The position numbers and the translations under genes are program-made. Shown piece after piece: positions 36,917 to 44,801 of a stretch of DNA of 64,000 nt; positions within the stretch are counted from its first letter, which is position 1, and each line of letters opens with the position of its first letter. Origin of the DNA: Acidimicrobiales bacterium (GTDB lineage Bacteria; Actinomycetota; Acidimicrobiia; Acidimicrobiales; SZUA-35); contig JBKECK010000042.1 of the NCBI GenBank assembly GCA_047974625.1, positions 3,320-67,319 on the forward strand. The letters run 5' to 3'. Below the pieces are notes generated by a model. That model searched no databases. It saw only the letters and a list, made by a program, of their open reading frames with translations, and had not been told where the DNA came from.

Positions 36917-37249
36917 ATGGGTGAACCAGTGCACGTCCTCGTCAAACCGACCAGCCGGTCCGGTTATCTGCGGTTCGAGACCAACCGGTCGTTCACCGGG
37001 ATGGGCCACGAGCGCTACCTGGTCGACGTACCCATCTACGGGCAGCGCCCGCCCGACGAGCTGGCCCGCCGGATGTTCGCCACCGGACGGGTCAGCGAGG
37101 TGCACGTGTACGGCATGGCCGTCACCGTGAAGCTGTCCTCGGCCCACGCCGCCGAGATCGTGGCCGAGCTCACCCGGGTGGTAGAAGACCTCTACACCCA
37201 CTACCTGCCCGGTGTCGAGGTACCCACGGCCGAATCGTTCGCCGAGTGA
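36917..37249 (+). CDS. small Nfu/NifU N-terminal-domain-like protein
   Basis: This is the last 110 codons of track ORF 36659..37249, from MGEPVHVLVKPT. LRFETNRSFTG...ELARRMFATGRVSEVHVYGMAVTVKL follows the Nfu_N scaffold-domain pattern. Its stop is 3 nt before the GHMP kinase start. Confidence 0.5.
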   Translation: MGEPVHVLVKPTSRSGYLRFETNRSFTGMGHERYLVDVPIYGQRPPDELARRMFATGRVSEVHVYGMAVTVKLSSAHAAEIVAELTRVVEDLYTHYLPGVEVPTAESFAE

Positions 37250-37252
37250 CCC

Positions 37253-38263
37253 TTGGCCGTCGTGGGCACCGCCCCGGCGCGGGTCGGGCTGCTGGGCCAC
37301 CCGTCTGACGGCTTCGGCGGACGCAGCCTCGCCTTGGCTATCCCCCGGTTCCAGGCCGAGGTGACCCTGGAACCCATCCGGGGTGGCGTCGAGATCGTCC
37401 CCGGCCCCGCTGACGGAACGTCCTGGCCGTCCCTGGACGACCTGGCCGAACAGGTCGACCGCTACGGCTACGGGAGCGGGGCCCAGCTCCTGGCCGCCAC
37501 GGTGCGCACCTTCGTCGACGTGGCCCGCTCCATCGAGCACCCGATCCCCGGTGGGGTCCGCCTGTCCTACAGGACCACCATCCCCCGCCAGGTCGGCCTG
37601 GGCGGTTCGTCCGCCCTGGCCGTCGCCACCCTCCGGGCTCTGAACGCGCACTACGCCATGGCCGTGCCCGACCCCGTGCTGGCCACCCTGGCCCTGCGGG
37701 TGGAGACCGAGCAGCTGGGGCTGGCCGCCGACCTCCAGGACCGGGTGGTCCAGACCTACGGCGGGCTGGTGGCCATGGACTTCGGCCCGATGGAGAACGA
37801 CGCCCGGTTCGGGACGGCGCACGGCCGCTACGAACCCGAGGACCCGGGGCTGCTCCCCCCACTGTTCCTGGCCTACCGGCCCGACGCGGCCGGGTCGTCC
37901 TCCTGGTACCACCGCCGGCTCCGGTCCCGGTACGACGCCGGCGACCCCGAGACCCGCGCCCTGCTCCACCAGCTGGCCGGGCTGGCCGTGGAGGGACGGG
38001 CCGCCCTGCGGTGGCGGAACCACGCCCGCTTCGGTGAGCTCCTGGCCGAGGGAATGGAGCTCACCGCCGCCCTCGGCCCCCTCCCCGACCGGCAGGTCGA
38101 ACTGGTGGACGTCGCCGCCGAGCTGGATCTTCCCGCCGGTTTCGCCGGCTCCGGGGGCGCCGTGGTGGGCGCCTACCGGGAACCCGACCAGCTCGACCGG
38201 CTGGAGCCCCGGTACCGGCGGATCGGGGCCGAGGTCGTTGCCATCACCCCGTACCCGGTGTAG
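37253..38263 (+). CDS. GHMP-family sugar kinase, glucuronokinase-like
   Basis: ARVGLLGHPSDGFGG, TTIPRQVGLGGSSALAVATLRAL (GHMP motif II), LGLAADLQDRVVQTYGGLVAMDF, LLPPLFLAY and AGFAGSGGAVVGAY parallel plant glucuronokinase block by block (recalled, not searched). TTG start. Confidence 0.75.
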   Translation: MAVVGTAPARVGLLGHPSDGFGGRSLALAIPRFQAEVTLEPIRGGVEIVPGPADGTSWPSLDDLAEQVDRYGYGSGAQLLAATVRTFVDVARSIEHPIPGGVRLSYRTTIPRQVGLGGSSALAVATLRALNAHYAMAVPDPVLATLALRVETEQLGLAADLQDRVVQTYGGLVAMDFGPMENDARFGTAHGRYEPEDPGLLPPLFLAYRPDAAGSSSWYHRRLRSRYDAGDPETRALLHQLAGLAVEGRAALRWRNHARFGELLAEGMELTAALGPLPDRQVELVDVAAELDLPAGFAGSGGAVVGAYREPDQLDRLEPRYRRIGAEVVAITPYPV

Positions 38264-38350
38264 CTTCGTCAACCAAGTAGTCCCACAGCCACATATCTCG
38301 CTGCCACGCGCCTCACCGAACGCGGCATCTCTGGCGTCTACTCTCGCCCG

Positions 38351-40594
38351 ATGCCCGTCGTGGAAGGTGTCCTTTTTGCTGTCGCGCAATGGGTACTGGC
38401 CACGACGACGGGCTGGTTGGTCGTGGGCTGGCTCGAACCGACCACCCGGCGACGGTGGGCACCGGCCACACCCCTGATCGGCCTGGCCACGCTCATCGTG
38501 GTCTTCAGCCTCGCCGGCGCCGTGCTCCCCATGCGGCTCGTGGCCCCGATCACGCTGGCCGCCATCGGAGTCGGGGCGGTCACCCGGCTCGCCCTCGGCG
38601 ATCGACCGTCGCTCCGCCTGGCCGGGGAGCTCCTGGTGCCGCTGCTCCTGCCCGTGCCCGCCCTGCTCCTGCTGCTCGTTCCCCTGGTGCGCACCGACTC
38701 GACCCTGGTCATGACCGGGCCAAACCACGACGCCATGTTCTACGTGGCCACCGCCGACTGGGTCGCCGACCACCCCTTCACCGACTCCCCCCGGGTTGGG
38801 TTTACCCCCGACACCAGCGAGGTGGCGCCCACCTACTTCCCGGCCCGCCACGCCGCCGAGACCAGGCTCCGGATCGGCGACGCCCTGCTCTCCTCGGTGG
38901 GCTACGCCCTGGGCGTCGGCCCGGTCCGCAGCTACTGGATGCTGCAGATGCTCGGCTGGTTGGCCTTCCTACCCGCGTCCCTGGCCGGCGCCATGGCCTG
39001 CCTGGACGACCGCCGCTGGTTCCAGGCCGCGGTGACCGCCGTGGGCACTGTGGTGATGACCGGCTCCCCGGTCCTGGCCTTCCAGGTGTTCAACCAGAAC
39101 GCCGCCTCCCTCCTGGGCATCGTCCTGTTCCCGATGACGGCGGCCGCGGTGTGGTCGCGGCTGGAGGACGCCGACACCGGACCACCGCGGTTCGTGACCG
39201 CGATCGTGTTCGCCGCTCTGCTCGGGACCTACTCGGAGTACACCTCGGTGCTGGCCGTGGCCTTCGCGGTGGTGATCGTCGGCCGGGCGCCGCGCCGGAT
39301 CCTGCCTGCGGCCGGTCGGGGACTCCAGGTGGCGGCGCTCACCGCCGCCGTCGGGCCGGTGATCGTGTGGCGGGTCGTCCACTCGCTGCTGTTCCTCTCC
39401 GGGGTAACCGCGGACGGCTTCGGCACTCTGTACCGCCACGTCGAACTGCCCTTGGTCTTCGGCCGGGCCCTGGGCACCACCTGGCCGTCGGCCACCGAGA
39501 CCCCCCTCACCTCCACGGCGCTGGTCACCGCCGTGGTCACCGTCGGGCTGGTGGGCGCCGTCGCCCTCCACCGGTCGCGCCGTCTGTGGCTCGGCCTCAC
39601 CGCCGGCGCGGTCACCACCACCTGGTACGTCACCGTGGTGATCGGGAGCGACTACAGCAACCAGCGGTCGGTGGAGATCATGCAGCCGATCATGCTGTGG
39701 GCGGCGGTGGTGGGCTGGACGGCGATGGCGGCCCGGGCCGGCGCCACCGTCACCGCGGCGGGGGAACGGGAGCCGACGGCCGGTGCCGTGCCGATCGGCG
39801 CCGGGCTGTTGGTGGTGGCCGGGGTGTGGGCGGCCGTGGCCCTGACCGGCGCCTACGTGACGAGGCGGGCCATGCCCCCGTTGCCGTTCCTCGAGCGACG
39901 GTCCGTCGGCCCCGCCTACGACGAGCTCACCGACTGGGCCGACCGCTACGGTGGCCGGGACGGGGCCGACCTGACCGTGGTGACCAGTGGGGTGGAGGAG
40001 TCGTTCTGGGCCGGTGACGCCCTACGGTACTTCCCCGACGTCGACTACCCGGTCCTCTACCCGGGCTATCAGGGCGGCCCGAGCTTCACCGACACCCCCC
40101 CGACGGGGGTCGGCGACCGGTACCTGCTCGTCGATCGCGAATCGTTCGTGATCCCGGCCGACGCCGAACCCTTGGAGCAGAACGACCGGTTCCTGCTGTT
40201 CGACACCGGGGTCCGGCCCGTCACGGTGCTGAGTCCCCGCCGGTTCGAGATGGGGGTGTCGGAAGGGGTGGGCGTAAGCCGGTGGGTGTGGCTCAGCGAC
40301 GACGGCGACCTGGTGGCCGTCCGGACCGGCGGCGCCCCCCGCCACATCGAACTCCAGCTCAGCACCTCGGCCTGGATGGCCCCGCTCGGGCTCACCGTGA
40401 CCGTCTCCGGGGGAACCACCCGGAACTTCGAGCTCGACCTGGACCCGACCATGGCCACCTTCGAGCTCCCCGAGCAGGCGATCACCGTGCTCCACATGGA
40501 CACCGAACGGCCGGGCGTCCCCCCACCCGACGGCTCCGACGCCCGCGGGATCGCGGTCCGGATCCAACCCTTCGGCGCCCACCCCGTGCCCTGA
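38351..40594 (+). CDS. 747-aa polytopic membrane protein with a C-terminal extracytoplasmic domain (paralog B; GT-C-like hypothesis)
   Basis: It has the same architecture as 29785..32031. Shared blocks include HDAMFYV, LRIGD, PASLAGA, QNxAS.LGIVL, LLFLSGVT.DGF, HRSR.LWLGL, GADLTVVTSG, NDRF.L.DT and PDGSD....AVR. Confidence 0.7.
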   Translation: MPVVEGVLFAVAQWVLATTTGWLVVGWLEPTTRRRWAPATPLIGLATLIVVFSLAGAVLPMRLVAPITLAAIGVGAVTRLALGDRPSLRLAGELLVPLLLPVPALLLLLVPLVRTDSTLVMTGPNHDAMFYVATADWVADHPFTDSPRVGFTPDTSEVAPTYFPARHAAETRLRIGDALLSSVGYALGVGPVRSYWMLQMLGWLAFLPASLAGAMACLDDRRWFQAAVTAVGTVVMTGSPVLAFQVFNQNAASLLGIVLFPMTAAAVWSRLEDADTGPPRFVTAIVFAALLGTYSEYTSVLAVAFAVVIVGRAPRRILPAAGRGLQVAALTAAVGPVIVWRVVHSLLFLSGVTADGFGTLYRHVELPLVFGRALGTTWPSATETPLTSTALVTAVVTVGLVGAVALHRSRRLWLGLTAGAVTTTWYVTVVIGSDYSNQRSVEIMQPIMLWAAVVGWTAMAARAGATVTAAGEREPTAGAVPIGAGLLVVAGVWAAVALTGAYVTRRAMPPLPFLERRSVGPAYDELTDWADRYGGRDGADLTVVTSGVEESFWAGDALRYFPDVDYPVLYPGYQGGPSFTDTPPTGVGDRYLLVDRESFVIPADAEPLEQNDRFLLFDTGVRPVTVLSPRRFEMGVSEGVGVSRWVWLSDDGDLVAVRTGGAPRHIELQLSTSAWMAPLGLTVTVSGGTTRNFELDLDPTMATFELPEQAITVLHMDTERPGVPPPDGSDARGIAVRIQPFGAHPVP

Positions 40595-40648
40595 GGACCG
40601 CCACCACCGGCCCGAGACCCGCCGCTCTCGACCCCCACTTGACCATGA

Positions 40649-40662
40649 CGAACGTATGTTCG
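40649..40662. promoter_or_regulatory. LexA SOS box (CGAAC-N4-GTTCG)
   Basis: aCGAACgtatGTTCGAt at 40648-40664 matches the mycobacterial/Gram-positive consensus TCGAAC-N4-GTTCGA at 11 of 12 positions. It overlaps the first ATG of imuA'. Confidence 0.75.
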
Positions 40663-41420
40663 ATCATGGGAGGATGCCGGTTCCCTCCCCCCAGTCCGCG
40701 GCGGACCACGCCCCCGGAATGGCTCCGCTCCGGGCCCGGGTGAGCCCCGTCTCGCTGGCCTGCCACCACCTGCTCCCGGTGCCCGAGCCGGTGGCGGCCC
40801 TGTTCCCCTCCGCCGGGATCCGGCAGGGCACCTCGGTGGGCTTCCGGGGGCCCGGGGGCCACGCCCTGGCCCTGGCCCTGGCCGCCGCGGCCCTCGGCAC
40901 CAGCGGCTGGATGGCCGCGGTGGGGACCGACGACGTGGGCTGGACGGCCGCCGCCGAACTGGGGGTGCCGCTCGAACGGCTGCTGGTGGTGTCCCCGGTG
41001 GCGGCCCCGCGGCAGCCCACCGTGCTGGCCACCCTGATCGACGCCATGGACGTGGTCCTGCTGGGGCCGGGCCCGCCGGTCGACCACCGCAGCGCCCGCC
41101 GGCTCGCGGCCCGGATGCGGGAGCGGGGCACGGTGGTGTTCCACCTCGACGGGGGCCGGTCCTGGCCCGAGCCCCTCGATCTGGTGTGTGTCACCGCCGA
41201 TCCCCGGTGGGAGGGCCTCGGTGTGGGCCACGGCCACCTCCGGCACCGCTGGCTCTCGGTCGGCGTGGAGGGGCGGCGGGCCCCGGGCCGGATCCGGTCG
41301 GTCACCGTCGGCCTCCCCGGCCCCGGGGGCGGGCTCACCGTCGGCAACCCCGAGCCGCACCACCCCACGGCCGGCGCCCCCGCCCACCCGGGAGCCCACC
41401 GGTTGGCCCGGACGGGGTGA
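40656..41420 (+). CDS. imuA: ImuA' (RecA-fold mutasome accessory protein, Rv3395c type)
   Basis: Its position directly upstream of imuB behind an SOS box supports the call. So do LLPVPEPVAALFPSAGIRQGTSVGF.GPGGHALALALAA and LERLLVV motifs of cell-division-inhibitor SulA/ImuA-like proteins. An alternative ATG lies at 40674. Confidence 0.65.
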   Translation: MFDHGRMPVPSPQSAADHAPGMAPLRARVSPVSLACHHLLPVPEPVAALFPSAGIRQGTSVGFRGPGGHALALALAAAALGTSGWMAAVGTDDVGWTAAAELGVPLERLLVVSPVAAPRQPTVLATLIDAMDVVLLGPGPPVDHRSARRLAARMRERGTVVFHLDGGRSWPEPLDLVCVTADPRWEGLGVGHGHLRHRWLSVGVEGRRAPGRIRSVTVGLPGPGGGLTVGNPEPHHPTAGAPAHPGAHRLARTG

Positions 41421-41426
41421 GCGCCG

Positions 41427-42992
41427 GTGTCGGCAACCCGCATGGTGGTGGTGTGGTGCCCGGACTGGCCGGTGGTGGCCTGGGGCGTCCCGCTCGACGA
41501 ACCGGCGGTGGTGATCACCGGCAACCGGGTGGTGGCCTGCTCCCCGGCGGCCCGGGCCGAGGGAGTGGCCCGGGGGCAACGACGGCGGGACGCCCAGGCC
41601 CGCTGCCCCGATCTGGCGGTACTCGACCGGGCCCCGGAGCGGGAGGCCCGCCTGTTCGAACCGGTGATCACCGCCCTGGAGACCCTGACTCCGGCCATCG
41701 AGGTGACCGGCCCGGGACTGGCCGGGTTCCCCACGCGGGGGCCTTCCCGGTTCTTCGGGGGCGACGAGGCCCTGACCGTCACCGTGGTGGCCGAGGTGGG
41801 TCGGGTGCTCGGCTCCCGGGGCGCCCTGCGGGTGGGCGTGGCCGACGGGGTGTTCGCGGCCCGGTTGGCGGCCCGGTCCCGCCGGGCCGACCCCGTGCAC
41901 ATCGTGGAGCTGGGTGACAGCCCCCGGTTCCTGGCCGACCTGCCCATCACCACCCTCGACCAGCCGGAGCTGACCGGCGTGCTCGGCCGGTTGGGGCTCA
42001 CCACCCTTGGCGCCTTCGCCGCCCTGCCCGCCGCGTCCGTGACCGGCCGGTTCGGGCGGGAGGGCCGGGAGGCCCACCGCCTGGCCCGGGGCGACGACCG
42101 CTTCCCTCCCGACCTGCAGCGTCCCGCCCCCGATCTGGCCGCCACCTGGTTGTTCGATCCCCCCGTCGAGCGGGTCGAGGGGTGCGCCCTGGCCACCCGG
42201 ATGCTGGCCGACGAGCTCCACACCGGCCTGGCCGAGCGGGGCCTGGCCTGCCTCCGGGTGATGATCGAGACCGAGAGCGAGCACGGCGAGACCCGGATGC
42301 GGTTGTGGCGCCACGAGGGCGCCCTGTCAGCCACCGCCATGGCCGACCGGGCCCGCTGGCAGCTCGACGGCTGGCTCACCCAACCCACCGGGCGGCCCAC
42401 CGCCGGGATCACCCGGCTAACCCTGGTGCCCGACGAGGTGGTGGCGGCCACGGGCCGACAGCTCGGGTTCTGGTCCGGTCACGATCAGCGGGCCGACGAC
42501 GCCACCCGTACCGTGGCCCGGCTCCAGGCCCTGCTGGGGTCCGACGCCGTCTCCGTACCCGTCCCCCGGGGTGGTGTGAGCCCCGCCGAGCGGGTCGGTC
42601 TCGTCCCGGCCGCCTCGGTCGACCTGGAGGATCGCTCCACCAGCGGGATGGTGTGGCCCACCGAACCGTGGCCGGGGATGATCCCCGCCCCCGCCCCCGC
42701 CCAGGTGTTCACCGATCCTCTACCGGTGGAGATCGTCGATGCGGCCGGGCAGGTGGTGTCGGTGTCCGGCCGGGGGGAACTGAGCGCACCCCCGGTGGCC
42801 ATCCGGTCGCCGGGGGCGGCCCGGAGCCGCCCCATCGCCGCCTGGGCCGGGCCGTGGCCAGCCGACCAGCGCTGGTGGGATCCGCTCACCCACCGACGCC
42901 GCGCCCGGATGCAGATCGTGCTCGACCACGGGGTGGCCCACCTGGTGGCGGTGGAACACCGTTCCTGGTCGATCGAAGCCAGTTACGGCTGA
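41427..42992 (+). CDS. imuB: ImuB, catalytically inactive Y-family polymerase-like mutasome protein
   Basis: MVVVWCPDWPVVA, ACSPAARAEGV..GQRRRDAQARCP, VADGVFAARLAAR and LTLVPDEV are typical ImuB (Rv3394c-like). ATG at 41442 is the likelier start. Confidence 0.85.
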   Translation: MSATRMVVVWCPDWPVVAWGVPLDEPAVVITGNRVVACSPAARAEGVARGQRRRDAQARCPDLAVLDRAPEREARLFEPVITALETLTPAIEVTGPGLAGFPTRGPSRFFGGDEALTVTVVAEVGRVLGSRGALRVGVADGVFAARLAARSRRADPVHIVELGDSPRFLADLPITTLDQPELTGVLGRLGLTTLGAFAALPAASVTGRFGREGREAHRLARGDDRFPPDLQRPAPDLAATWLFDPPVERVEGCALATRMLADELHTGLAERGLACLRVMIETESEHGETRMRLWRHEGALSATAMADRARWQLDGWLTQPTGRPTAGITRLTLVPDEVVAATGRQLGFWSGHDQRADDATRTVARLQALLGSDAVSVPVPRGGVSPAERVGLVPAASVDLEDRSTSGMVWPTEPWPGMIPAPAPAQVFTDPLPVEIVDAAGQVVSVSGRGELSAPPVAIRSPGAARSRPIAAWAGPWPADQRWWDPLTHRRRARMQIVLDHGVAHLVAVEHRSWSIEASYG

Positions 42993-44620
42993 GCCGCCCC
43001 GGAGGTGGGGACCGAGGGCTCCAGGTCCGCGGCACCGACCGTCGGCACCGTCGGCCCGGCCGTATCTCCGGCGTCCGCCGGGGCCGCCCCGCCCGGTTCG
43101 ACCGGGTTGACCAGTCGGGTCGTCGATGTCACCACCGTGGGCACCGCCGGCAACGCGGACGGGGTGACCACCACCGGGGCCTCGGTCGTGGCCGGCTGGG
43201 TCGACGACGGCCCCGGCTGGGCCGTGGACGGACCCGCCGGGGCCGGGGTGGAGGTAGTGGAGGAGGGGACGGTCGGGTTCAGGGTCGAACTCGGGGGCAG
43301 GGTGGAGGGGTCGGTCGTTGACGGGGCTCCGGTGGACGGCGCCGCGGTGGACGGGGCCGCTGTGGTGGGAACGGCTGCGGAGGGGACCGTCGTGGCGGGA
43401 CGGGCGGCGGGAGGAAGGACCTGGACCACCCGTCGCCGGGGCTGCTCCGTCGTCGACGACGCCGCCGGTTCGGTGGTGGACGGCGCCGCCGTCGTTCGAT
43501 CCGTCGATGGGGGCTCGGCCGGCGAAGACGCCGAGGACACCGTCCGGGACGCTGCCGGCCGCGGCGACGGTGCGGGGGCGGTCGACGGGGACGAAGGGTT
43601 CGTGGACGTCACACCGGTGGAGGATCGCGGGGTGGACGAGCGAGCCGGGGCCGGCGGCTGGGTCGCCGGGGCCTGGGTGGACGGGGCCTGGGTGGACGGG
43701 GCCTGGGTGGACGGGGCCTGGGCCGGCGCCGGAGCCTGGGCGGGCGCCGGAGCCGCCGACTGGGCCTGGGTGGGTGACGGTGATTGGGCGGGCGCGGGCG
43801 CCGGAGCCGCCGACTGGGCCTGGGTGGGTGACGGTGATTGGGCCGATGACCGGGCCGTGGACGGTGGCCGCCCGGCCGGTGGCGTCGCGGCCGGGGCACG
43901 GGAGGCCTCCGGTGGGGCCGGAGCCGGGGTGCCGGCGGTGGGCGACGGTGAGGGGATCGGGGCCAGTGCGCTCTCCCCAGTCGCCGGCTGCTCGACGGCG
44001 GCGGCCCGGTCGTGGGCCGGCGCAGCCACTGGATGGGCGGTGACCAGACGGCGCGGTCCGGGCCGGGCGTTGGACGAACCCGTACCGGCCGACACCGACA
44101 CCGAACCGTCTCCCCCGCCGGGGTCCGGCTCCGCTGGGGCGGCCCCTGAGGTGGACGTCCGTTCTGGATCGGTCGGGTTCGCCGGGGCGCCGGCTGCCAC
44201 CGACGATCCGTCGGCGGCGGGTCCGGAGGTGGTGGGCGCCATGGCCTCGGTGGCGGCGGCCAGCTGGGGGGGCGGGTCAGCCCCGTCAAACCGGGCCAGC
44301 AGGGCGGCCAGGGCGGCTGTGGCCACCACACCGGCGGTGGCGGCCACCCGCCGGCGGTGGGGGTTGAACAGGCGGGCCAGCGGGTTGGCGGCGTCCACCG
44401 CGGCCCCGGCCGCAATCTCGTCGGGGTGCGCCTCCGACCGGTTCGGCTCGTCGGGGCTCAGTCGCGACGCCCGCACAGTGTGCTGGCGCGGGGCCCCGCC
44501 GTCGCCGGCCACCGGGGTCGACAGACGCAGATCCCGGGGGACCGGCCCGCCACGATCCTCCCGATACCGGCGGAACGGCGACCGGGATGGTGGCTGCTCC
44601 ACATTGCGTGGTTTCTCCAT
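42983..44620 (-). CDS. single-pass membrane protein with a long Pro/Ala/Ser/Thr-rich disordered ectodomain
   Basis: Start taken at MEKPRNVEQPP (44620). One TM helix (VAATAGVVATAALAALLARF) is followed by ~400 aa of PAST low complexity with STQAP and 18-aa repeats. The mirror ORF on the plus strand (GAWVDG repeats) is judged spurious. Confidence 0.55.
   Translation of the reverse strand: MEKPRNVEQPPSRSPFRRYREDRGGPVPRDLRLSTPVAGDGGAPRQHTVRASRLSPDEPNRSEAHPDEIAAGAAVDAANPLARLFNPHRRRVAATAGVVATAALAALLARFDGADPPPQLAAATEAMAPTTSGPAADGSSVAAGAPANPTDPERTSTSGAAPAEPDPGGGDGSVSVSAGTGSSNARPGPRRLVTAHPVAAPAHDRAAAVEQPATGESALAPIPSPSPTAGTPAPAPPEASRAPAATPPAGRPPSTARSSAQSPSPTQAQSAAPAPAPAQSPSPTQAQSAAPAPAQAPAPAQAPSTQAPSTQAPSTQAPATQPPAPARSSTPRSSTGVTSTNPSSPSTAPAPSPRPAASRTVSSASSPAEPPSTDRTTAAPSTTEPAASSTTEQPRRRVVQVLPPAARPATTVPSAAVPTTAAPSTAAPSTGAPSTTDPSTLPPSSTLNPTVPSSTTSTPAPAGPSTAQPGPSSTQPATTEAPVVVTPSALPAVPTVVTSTTRLVNPVEPGGAAPADAGDTAGPTVPTVGAADLEPSVPTSGAAQP
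43668..43843. repeat. intragenic tandem repeats: 15-bp x3.5 and 48-bp copies at a 54-bp period x2
   Basis: ggggcctgggtggac occurs at 43668, 43683 and 43698 (plus a partial copy). gggcgccggagccgccgactgggcctgggtgggtgacggtgattgggc occurs at 43742-43789 and 43796-43843. Confidence 0.9.
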
Positions 44621-44738
44621 GACGCGATCACTCCCGCCCAACCGAATCCGGGTGAGTGTAGGCAGATCTACCAATTATTGAGAACCTATGACGGAAATGG
44701 GCTTCGTTCCTGGACCAACTCGGACGATCCACCGGCCC

Positions 44739-44801
44739 GACCCCGACGCTCAAGACCCCGACGCTCACGACCCCGACGCTCAAGACCCCGACGCTCAAGA
44801 C
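44739..44801. repeat. 15-bp tandem repeat (gaccccgacgctcaa x4)
   Basis: Units at 44739, 44754 (a-to-c variant), 44769 and 44784. The rnhB stop codon (44795-44797) lies inside the last unit. Confidence 0.95.

Noticed and set aside
36692-38851. 719-aa minus-strand ORF
   Set aside because: It runs antisense to the Nfu_N-like, GHMP kinase and paralog B genes, all of which have clear family motifs. No motifs are present in this frame.
40482-42451. Two overlapping ~600-aa minus-strand ORFs (40482..42314 and 40664..42451)
   Set aside because: Both run antisense to imuA'/imuB. Both are Arg/Pro/Gly junk, and ImuB motifs unambiguously fix the plus strand.
43005-44681. 558-aa plus-strand ORF with GAWVDG repeats
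   Set aside because: It is the mirror image of the PAST-rich minus-strand gene. The minus-strand reading has a start with a sensible basic head, one TM helix and a PAST tail, so it is preferred. The choice remains unproven.
42993-44700. dnaE2 expected downstream of imuB
   Set aside because: The region encodes only the convergent PAST-rich protein. No PHP or polymerase III alpha motifs appear in any frame.
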